From a virus: a DNA stretch of 64,000 nt. The stretch lies in the IMG/VR virus record IMGVR_UViG_3300001683_000016, positions 32,001 through 96,000 of that record; one strand, 5' to 3'. The position numbers and the translations under genes were made by a program. Positions 17,808 through 25,102 of this stretch are shown piece by piece. Position 1 is the stretch's first letter; each line of letters begins with the position of its first letter. The notes beneath the pieces were generated by a model. The model had not been told where the DNA came from. It saw only the letters and a list, made by a program, of their open reading frames with translations, and did not search any database.

Positions 17808-18629
17808 TCATGCTACGGCGACCTGCCCGCCAGTTCCTGTACTGGCTTTTGCTCGACCTGCTGATGACAAATCTTCAATTCTTTTCATTTCGGCTTGTTG
17901 TTTGGCTTGATTTTGCTGTTTATGCTGTTCTAGTTGATTAAAACCGTATGCGCCTGTTGCTGACGCTACGCCAATTGGAGTGTTAGTTTTTTGACTATCG
18001 TCGTAATTTTTCTGCGCATCTTGCAATTTTTCATTCATTTTATCGCTTTGTGATTGAGCGGCATTGACATTTTGTTGAGCGATATTTTCGGTTTCATAAG
18101 CATCCATTACTTCGGGTGTAAAAGAGGTTTGACCAGTATCAAAGCCTGTACCTTCTGTTAGTTTGGTAGTTTCCATACTCGGTGTTTCTGTCGCTGCATC
18201 TTCTGCTCTTTGTGATAATTGTCCAAACGGATTATTTTCACCCGATTGAGATTCAAAGCCTGTACCACCATATTGTGTTAAGTCTGCATCTTCACCGGGC
18301 AAATCCGCAAATCTTTTCTTTGCTGCTCCACTTTTATAATTAGGACCGCGAGAATAGGAAACACGCCCTGCTTGTCCAGTCGTCATTGATGCTGTTTGTG
18401 CAGCCTTACTTGCATCGCGTGCAGCCTTCAAACCTTTCCCCGCTTGCGCTGCTTTTCTCCCAGCCAATAATGCTCTACCACCTTGAACTCCGACCATAGC
18501 ACCTCTTGCCGCAGCACCTGCTGCTAGTGAAGCGCCACCCGTAAAAGGTGCAGCCAGTATAGAGGCTGCTGTTAATGCAGTTCCTAATTTACCTTTCACC
18601 ACTAAAACAGAAGGTGTGGCGGCTCCCAT
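17808..18629 (-). CDS. Gly/Ala-rich protein with hydrophobic hairpin and coiled coil (putative membrane-inserting or ejection protein)
   Basis: Start at MGAATPSVLVVK after a GGTGGGAG SD; LAAPFTGGASLAAG; the only inverted gene in the array. Confidence 0.6.
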   Translation of the reverse strand: MGAATPSVLVVKGKLGTALTAASILAAPFTGGASLAAGAAARGAMVGVQGGRALLAGRKAAQAGKGLKAARDASKAAQTASMTTGQAGRVSYSRGPNYKSGAAKKRFADLPGEDADLTQYGGTGFESQSGENNPFGQLSQRAEDAATETPSMETTKLTEGTGFDTGQTSFTPEVMDAYETENIAQQNVNAAQSQSDKMNEKLQDAQKNYDDSQKTNTPIGVASATGAYGFNQLEQHKQQNQAKQQAEMKRIEDLSSAGRAKASTGTGGQVAVA

Positions 18630-18789
18630 ACTCCCACCTGTATTGCGGTGATGATGAGTGGTATGGAAAGAAGAAGTTGCAACAACTTGAACCTGCGGAA
18701 AGGGAACCACCACGAATACAGCACGAAGCGTAACATATTAGAAGTATCGCACTAGTAGAGAAGGTGTTAGCAGTACGGCGGAGAGCAAA

Positions 18790-19053
18790 ATGAAACCAAT
18801 AGATGCAGCAATAAAACTTCTAAAATCTACCCCTTCTTCTCAAGTCGCTATGCAACACGATATGCCTTCTTACATGGAAGAAGCGCTAAATCAAAGCGGT
18901 AAAACTCGTTCTGATAGCCGAAAAAAGAAAGACAAGGCTACAAAGTTACGTCAAAAAATAGACGACCATGAAGAAGATTCGCAAATAATTGATTTCTATA
19001 GACAGAATCACCCTGAGTGGTTTGATTCATTTAGAGGTGGCGAAGGTGAGTAA
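18790..19053 (+). CDS. Tagged small accessory protein (MKPIDAAIKLLK|ST)
   Basis: Variant of the tag. Confidence 0.65.
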   Translation: MKPIDAAIKLLKSTPSSQVAMQHDMPSYMEEALNQSGKTRSDSRKKKDKATKLRQKIDDHEEDSQIIDFYRQNHPEWFDSFRGGEGE

Positions 19054-19579
19054 ATTGAATAAAAGACCAAAGAAAGGTGTTGCAGTAGTTATTAGCATCG
19101 GTCCTAAAATGAAAACTAAGCCAACGGATGCTGCTACTCCTGAAATGCCAATAAAGAAGTATGGTTCAATGCCAATGAAAAAGGCAATGGCTGTTCTAAA
19201 ACAAAGGGGTAAATATGTACCCACAACTGCTGAAGATGAATATGTTGCATCAAATTCTGAAAATCGACATCATCCTATGAGTAATAGAGAAAAGGATGAG
19301 GCGTGGAAAGAGGCGCAGTTAGATGGAAGATATGATGAAGATTACTATCCCGATGAGGATGAAACACCTATATGGAATGATAATCGACAACCAATCGGTA
19401 AACCTGAGTTTGGTAATGAAGGTGCACGTGAAGCAGAAATGAATCAAGCAGAGCGTGCTGCAATAATGGCAGAAGGTATGCCTGAGGGGCGTAGACCTCG
19501 TATTCCACCTCGAACAGAAGGTTTTGACCCTAATAAGCAAGGTCGAGTGCCAAGAGATATTTTTCAAAATAGAAGGTAA
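19046..19579 (+). CDS. Accessory protein with internal tag variant (PMKKAMAVLK|Q)
   Basis: ORF 18989-19579; GTG at 19046 follows GAGGTGG. Confidence 0.6.
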   Translation: MSKLNKRPKKGVAVVISIGPKMKTKPTDAATPEMPIKKYGSMPMKKAMAVLKQRGKYVPTTAEDEYVASNSENRHHPMSNREKDEAWKEAQLDGRYDEDYYPDEDETPIWNDNRQPIGKPEFGNEGAREAEMNQAERAAIMAEGMPEGRRPRIPPRTEGFDPNKQGRVPRDIFQNRR

Positions 19580-19583
19580 GTGA

Positions 19584-19811
19584 ATGAGTGCTTTCACAAA
19601 ATCTTGGCTATTTCTCAAAACCGAGCCAATTGATATGCAGCAAGGCTCAGATGGAACTTGGCGTGCACCTCAGGAAGATATAACACCAGAAAAAAAATTG
19701 TGGCAACAAATCCAAGCAAGAAACGCACAGGCTAGGCAAAACTTGCAGAAACCTGCACAAGTAGCACAACCTAAACCTACACCACAACCGGGGTATTCAG
19801 GATGGATGTAA
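19584..19811 (+). CDS. Tagged small accessory protein (MSAFTKSWLFLK|TE)
   Basis: Tag variant; Gln/Pro-rich. Confidence 0.65.
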   Translation: MSAFTKSWLFLKTEPIDMQQGSDGTWRAPQEDITPEKKLWQQIQARNAQARQNLQKPAQVAQPKPTPQPGYSGWM

Positions 19812-19812
19812 A

Positions 19813-22695
19813 ATGGTATTCAATAAATCTTGGAACTATTTGAAATCAATAAGCGATTGGTCGTCTACTGATAGTTTATATGGTAATGAGTATGAAGATG
19901 AACCTAGTATAGAAAGAAGAAATACTCCAACTATGGATAACTCGTATCAAAAAATCTTACCTCAAGATGACCCAAGATTAGATTATAGAACTGGTTGGAA
20001 AGGTGTAGAACCCGTTAGGGCTATTCGTGTACAATCAAATCATCGAAAGGCAGGTCAACCCGTACCTCAAGACGGCTCTAATATAAATTATGAACAAGGT
20101 GACCCAAAGTTACCGCCAAAGATTCCTGAGATACCTGATGACGATGACCCTGTTTGGGATGACCCCGACTCACGATGGAGTAAAGACCCCAAATCGGGTT
20201 CAAGATATTATATGTCGGGTAAATATGAAGATGGTAAGTATATTTCTCGTAAAAACAAGCATTTTGTTGATTTGAAAAATGCAAAGGCTGGAACTTGGGC
20301 TGCAAACAATACTGTTGGGGATATTAATAATTTATATACTCATAACCAACCTGATAAGTTGGTCTATATTCGTGGGAGTCCCGATAAATATGGTAAAGTA
20401 CACAGAAGGGATAGTGACGAAGCGGATGAAGGTTTAGCAGAAATGTTTATCGAACATAAAAAAGATATTTCACCTGAAAACCTTGTTGAAGTACCGTTAA
20501 AGACTCATTATAGAAACCAAACAAAAGATATGGGTACTCCTGACCTTGGGCATAATAGACGCTCAAAAAGTGATAAAAGCGGGCGAGTTAGTCGTTGGAG
20601 TGATAAACCTGTACCTTGGGGCTACAGCCACAAGAAAAAGGGCGAACCAATGGACATAGCCTTCCAGTTGCTCAAGATGTCTGCTGATGAAGCAGATGAG
20701 TTGGAAGAGCAAATGCTTTCTGATATGGAAAGAGGGACCAGTAATCCACGCTCACGAAGAAAACAGCGAAGTATGGGCGAAAGGGAATCAAAGGCATCTA
20801 TCCATAATTTTCCCGGTTCATCATCTCGTAGAGAAATGTGGGATGAAAAGCAGAAAGAAAGAGACTGGGAACGATGGGGAAAGAGACATGCTGAAGATAA
20901 AGCAATTGCAGGAAAAGACCTACCCTCATATCATGGGTTTGGTAGCGATAGGCTAAGAGAAATCCATCCGGGTGATAGAGGGAACGATTTCTCATCTATG
21001 AAACCGGGAAAATATGAGTTTGACGGTGTAGGTAGGGAAGAAAGACCCATACCTTTTGAGCCGGGTGATAACCTTATGGAGTGGTTACAGCCCGGATACA
21101 ACGAATCTAACAACCTAAGACTATTCAGGGATAAGGATGACTCTAAACATGAGTGGCAACCAAAACCGTGGACAACAAGTGGCCCTATCAATCATGTTCC
21201 CGAAACCCAAGAATGGGTAAACAACCCTTTTGATGAAGAACCAACTTTTCACGGGATACCATTCAATGAAGATACGGGTTTCACAACAGGTGAACCAATG
21301 GACATAGCCTTCCAGTTGCTCAAGGGAAAGACAAGGCAATCTACTCTTTGGGGTTACGACCCAAAAATGGTAGAGAACTTACTCGCAGAAGATAACAGTA
21401 ATATTTTCATCGCCGCTAAACCCGGAAACGATGATATGCCCGATGATGAACAAAATGAGCGTTCGGATAAAATGCTACAAGACCTCGCCGCACTCAAAGA
21501 GGAACATGGTCACTTCGATATAACCAGTGCCACAGGTAGAGCGCAGTGGGACGCAGAACCATCTTTCATGCTCACTAACGTGCCTGATAGTGCAAGGGAT
21601 TCCATTAATGAGATAGCGGAAAGATACGGTCAGGAATCCATGGGAATCTCGGAAAAGGGGGAGAAAGGGGTGAACTACGTTACACCGGAGGGGGAGGTAA
21701 AGGACAAGTTCAGTAGTATGGAGATGCAGGAAAAACCGGAGTACTCTACAGATTTTCCGAGTAGTCAGAGGCTGGCTTTTACGGGTTGGCAGGAAGCAAA
21801 TAAGGCTAATCCAATGCACATAGCCTTCCAGTTGCTCAAGGGTTGGGCAGGTGGTGTTAGAGGTATAGGTAATAATGCCACGGACAACATTTATCATTAT
21901 CCACACGAATTAGATTACGGCGCGATAGACGAATATATGGGTGAGAATCCTGATGCTACTCTCGGTAGTATGGTAACGCCGTATCTACAAGGACAGTTTA
22001 CAAATAATCCTCCTCTCTTTCCAGAATTAAGCACAAATCCGCCAACCTATCAAAGTGAAAGACCTACTCAATTACAAAGCACAGTTCCGGCACCTTTTCC
22101 ACAAACCCCCGAACAATCTAAAGGTGTTCAAAATCTCATTGATGATGGATTTGAAAACTATGAATCTAGAGATAGAACGAGAAAACCCCATTACGATAGC
22201 ATGAATAATGCAGTCAGAGTATTATCTAGAAATTTAAGAAGAAACCCTGCATACAATTTTACGCCGCCGGGACGATTACGAGGCACTAAGGGACAGGGCG
22301 GTAGAAGTAGGCAAATGCAGAACATGAAACTAAGAAGTTTGTTAGATACTCCTGTATCTCAAAGTATGGCAGAGATGAACATACCGAAACAAGGAATACC
22401 AATTGCGGCAGGCGAACCAATGAACATAGCCTTCCAATTGCTCAAAGAGCGCAAGTCACCAGCAGCATTTGCTCACAAGTTAGAGTATGACAAGCAATAT
22501 CAAAAGACACCTAAGCGCGTAAAGTACCGTGAGCAATTAAACGCAGAGCGTAGGAAGCGTGGCATATACGGTAAGGGTGGTGCGGATGTTAGCCACACAC
22601 AAGGTGGTAAACTCACTCTTGAAAGCGCACATGCTAATAGAGCAAGACATTTCAAAAACAAAGGCACTCTCCGCAGGGTCAAGGTGAAAAAATGA
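19813..22695 (+). CDS. Tagged 5-module polyprotein-like accessory protein
   Basis: MVFNKSWNYLK tag plus four (GE/AN)PMxIAFQLLK linkers at 20641, 21289, 21805 and 22411; module 3 DUF3293/SAM-lyase-like, module 5 HNH-like. Confidence 0.8.
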   Translation: MVFNKSWNYLKSISDWSSTDSLYGNEYEDEPSIERRNTPTMDNSYQKILPQDDPRLDYRTGWKGVEPVRAIRVQSNHRKAGQPVPQDGSNINYEQGDPKLPPKIPEIPDDDDPVWDDPDSRWSKDPKSGSRYYMSGKYEDGKYISRKNKHFVDLKNAKAGTWAANNTVGDINNLYTHNQPDKLVYIRGSPDKYGKVHRRDSDEADEGLAEMFIEHKKDISPENLVEVPLKTHYRNQTKDMGTPDLGHNRRSKSDKSGRVSRWSDKPVPWGYSHKKKGEPMDIAFQLLKMSADEADELEEQMLSDMERGTSNPRSRRKQRSMGERESKASIHNFPGSSSRREMWDEKQKERDWERWGKRHAEDKAIAGKDLPSYHGFGSDRLREIHPGDRGNDFSSMKPGKYEFDGVGREERPIPFEPGDNLMEWLQPGYNESNNLRLFRDKDDSKHEWQPKPWTTSGPINHVPETQEWVNNPFDEEPTFHGIPFNEDTGFTTGEPMDIAFQLLKGKTRQSTLWGYDPKMVENLLAEDNSNIFIAAKPGNDDMPDDEQNERSDKMLQDLAALKEEHGHFDITSATGRAQWDAEPSFMLTNVPDSARDSINEIAERYGQESMGISEKGEKGVNYVTPEGEVKDKFSSMEMQEKPEYSTDFPSSQRLAFTGWQEANKANPMHIAFQLLKGWAGGVRGIGNNATDNIYHYPHELDYGAIDEYMGENPDATLGSMVTPYLQGQFTNNPPLFPELSTNPPTYQSERPTQLQSTVPAPFPQTPEQSKGVQNLIDDGFENYESRDRTRKPHYDSMNNAVRVLSRNLRRNPAYNFTPPGRLRGTKGQGGRSRQMQNMKLRSLLDTPVSQSMAEMNIPKQGIPIAAGEPMNIAFQLLKERKSPAAFAHKLEYDKQYQKTPKRVKYREQLNAERRKRGIYGKGGADVSHTQGGKLTLESAHANRARHFKNKGTLRRVKVKK

Positions 22696-23063
22696 GTAAT
22701 TATCCGTCATACCCAACGACACCTCCTAAAAAATGTGAATATTGTAATGGTGCTGGAATTATTGACCCTTATGGTGATGAAGAGGATGTGGCTCAGGCTG
22801 ACCCAAGATATCCACATGAAACATGTTGGAAGTGCAAAGGAACAGGTATACAGACAGAATGGTCATTTAACCCATATATGCCTTCTTTCCACCCCCCTTC
22901 TTTCCCCCCCCCTTCTTTCCACCCCCCTTCTTACCACGCCCCTCCCCCGTCCAAAATGGAATTAGGAGAGCCAACAATTAATTTTGACCCTGAATGGCAA
23001 GAAATGAATAAAAGTTCTAGTGTTGCATTTTCATTAGCGTGGAACTTACTTAAATCAGAATAA
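22692..23063 (+). CDS. CxxCxGxG (DnaJ-type) Zn-finger protein with C-terminal tag (AFSLAWNLLK|SE)
   Basis: CEYCNGAG...CWKCKGTG; PSFHP repeats. Confidence 0.7.
   Translation: MSNYPSYPTTPPKKCEYCNGAGIIDPYGDEEDVAQADPRYPHETCWKCKGTGIQTEWSFNPYMPSFHPPSFPPPSFHPPSYHAPPPSKMELGEPTINFDPEWQEMNKSSSVAFSLAWNLLKSE
22881..22940 (+). repeat. 4 x 15-nt pyrimidine-rich tandem repeat (CCTTCTTTCCACCCC)
   Basis: Direct reading; encodes PSFHP/PSFPP/PSFHP/PSYHA. Confidence 0.9.
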
Positions 23064-23064
23064 A

Positions 23065-23164
23065 CTGTCCGATAATTCCGATTGTACGTCTATACAAATA
23101 TACATAATATTACTTGTATATAGACAATACATTAGATTATTCGGACAGCCAACCCTTAAGATGA
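23065..23164. promoter_or_regulatory. Pseudo-palindromic element B plus promoter-like CGGACAGCCAACCCTTAAGATGA
   Basis: CTGTCCGA...TCGGACAG arms, inner GTCTATA/TATAGAC; CTTAAG about 35 nt upstream of ATG 23196. Confidence 0.65.
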
Positions 23165-23195
23165 CCCCCACTGTGGGCTAACACGAGGTCACAGC

Positions 23196-23852
23196 ATGAG
23201 CAGAGATGTAGGGGATACAAACGAAATGAAAATGACAGGGTTGATTTTATCTCAATCGGCCTTAGTTGGATTAGCAATAGGAGTATATAGTTCGGGTTTA
23301 TGGATGCCCGCAGGTTCAAGTGCAAGTTCAACAATAGATGGTATGACTTATGCGATGGGTGCGCTTGCAGTTCAAACAATAGCATATTATTTGTTTAAGA
23401 TGTTCTTTGAACAGTCTATGAAAGAGAAAGTGGAAGTTGCAGAATTACAAAGAAACAGGCAGAATATGTATAGACAGCAGCAAATGGGCTTTGACCAACG
23501 TAGAGTAGATTTAGAATTGAGACAAATGGAACTGCAATTAGAAAACGAATTACGTATGATGCATGAAGACCCTAACAGAGTATTAGATAATAATTTTAAT
23601 AGCGGTGCAGTTAGTGCTGGTGTTCAAGGTGACTATCATAATACCTTCAACCCCGGACTTGTACCTGTGCATGGTGCAAAAAATGAGGTACCAATGAATC
23701 TTGGACTTACTAGTACACAGGAAGCAGTTGACTCAATGGCTCACTCCAATTTACCGCCACGCAGTTTACCTATACCGCCAAGAGACGGACAACCTACAAC
23801 ACAGCGTTTGAAGAAAGATGGTACGCCGGATTTAAGATATAGAGCATCGTGA
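23196..23852 (+). CDS. Membrane protein (2 TM) with coiled coil and disordered tail
   Basis: Two N-terminal hydrophobic helices, Q/E/R-rich heptads. Confidence 0.75.
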   Translation: MSRDVGDTNEMKMTGLILSQSALVGLAIGVYSSGLWMPAGSSASSTIDGMTYAMGALAVQTIAYYLFKMFFEQSMKEKVEVAELQRNRQNMYRQQQMGFDQRRVDLELRQMELQLENELRMMHEDPNRVLDNNFNSGAVSAGVQGDYHNTFNPGLVPVHGAKNEVPMNLGLTSTQEAVDSMAHSNLPPRSLPIPPRDGQPTTQRLKKDGTPDLRYRAS

Positions 23853-23863
23853 GGTAGACCGAT

Positions 23864-24151
23864 ATGGTACTACCCGGACAACTAATTCCCTCTCCGTTGC
23901 GTATATTTCGTAATATTGGTGATGATTCGGTCGAAGAAACTCTTAGAGCAATGCATTTAGCAAATACTGTAGATAATACTTATGAATGGGGACTTGGTTG
24001 GATTAGAACAATAGTCGTATCTATTGTTGCTGTTATGTCTGTGTCTGCTATGGAAGCGAACTCAGATTGGAATCTTTGGGAATTAACAGTAGAATGGTGG
24101 TATCAAAAAGTAGCAGATTTTGGTTCTTGGATTACTAATAAGTTTAGTTGA
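23864..24151 (+). CDS. Small membrane protein
   Basis: WIRTIVVSIVAVMSVSAM hydrophobic helix and Trp-rich amphipathic C-terminus. Confidence 0.7.
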   Translation: MVLPGQLIPSPLRIFRNIGDDSVEETLRAMHLANTVDNTYEWGLGWIRTIVVSIVAVMSVSAMEANSDWNLWELTVEWWYQKVADFGSWITNKFS

Positions 24152-24162
24152 GTTGATGCTTA

Positions 24163-24879
24163 GTGGTCGCTGCGAGTGGTAGTGTATTAGTAGGCGTGGC
24201 CTTGTATGGTAAACAAGCATACAATAATTGGAAATCTCGAAGAGTAGGGATTTATGGTGCAACTATGGTTGGTAAGACAACTTTAGACAAATATATGACT
24301 ACTCCGGGCGAAATGGAAGAAATACCTGAACATGAAAGAACCACGCATTTTAAGTTGGTTACTCGCTATATACTTCCTAAACCTACTCGTAAAAGAGTTC
24401 GCTGGGAAGGTGAAAGGAGGGTTATTCATTCTGCCGACATAGGTGGCGAAGAGCGTTTTTGGAATCTTTGGATTGATGATATGGTAACTAGACAATGTGA
24501 ATACGTTATATTCATGTTTGATGATAGAGCGTTTCAAGGAGGGGATGAGGCTTTACAGCAAGTAGGAGGTTTTAGATTCTTAGTTGATAGTATAATAAAT
24601 AGAAATTATAGGTATAGAAACTGGAAGAGTTGGAGAAGGGGTAAGAGGTATGTGCCTAAGATGATATTACTAGTTGCAAATAAAGCAGATAGATATTTTG
24701 ATGCTAAAGCGGCACAGTTATGGAGAGAGGGTAGAATTGGAGAACATAAGATATTTGACCCTTTTAGAGAAGACCTAATTAGATTACAAAAAGCAGGTGT
24801 ACCAACGCGCCGTTCATTCATGGCAACACGTATAGGGTGGAACGTTGAGAACACATTATTAGAGATGATAGATTACTGA
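24163..24879 (+). CDS. Ras/Arf-like small GTPase
   Basis: G1 GATMVGKTT, G2 RTT, G3 DIGGEERF, YVIFMFD, G4 NKAD, degenerate G5 FMAT. Confidence 0.85.
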   Translation: MVAASGSVLVGVALYGKQAYNNWKSRRVGIYGATMVGKTTLDKYMTTPGEMEEIPEHERTTHFKLVTRYILPKPTRKRVRWEGERRVIHSADIGGEERFWNLWIDDMVTRQCEYVIFMFDDRAFQGGDEALQQVGGFRFLVDSIINRNYRYRNWKSWRRGKRYVPKMILLVANKADRYFDAKAAQLWREGRIGEHKIFDPFREDLIRLQKAGVPTRRSFMATRIGWNVENTLLEMIDY

Positions 24880-24922
24880 CCTCAAAAGTGACCTTTTTAA
24901 TGTGGTAGGGTGTGGGAACGAC

Positions 24923-25102
24923 ATGGCGAAGGGGGCGACGACGACTGCATTAGTTTCCACAGGAGGCTCTAGTAATTCACTTAGAACTACTATACCTATG
25001 TGGATTGTGGAACAATTTGGTTTGTCTGCTGGCTCTAAAATAGAATGGACTTTAGAAGTTAAAAATGGGGAAATGTCTATTTCAGTATGCCCACAGGAGT
25101 GA
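24923..25102 (+). CDS. AbrB/MazE/SpoVT-type DNA-binding protein
   Basis: SNSLRTTIPMWIVEQFGLSAGSKIEW; TTTTTAA about 23 nt upstream of the ATG. Confidence 0.8.
   Translation: MAKGATTTALVSTGGSSNSLRTTIPMWIVEQFGLSAGSKIEWTLEVKNGEMSISVCPQE

Noticed and set aside
13552-22446. 36-nt repeats as CRISPR repeats, integron attC sites or DGR template/variable repeats
   Set aside because: They are in-frame coding sequence 0.3-1 kb apart and not palindromic; no integrase or reverse transcriptase in the window; differences are not adenine-specific.
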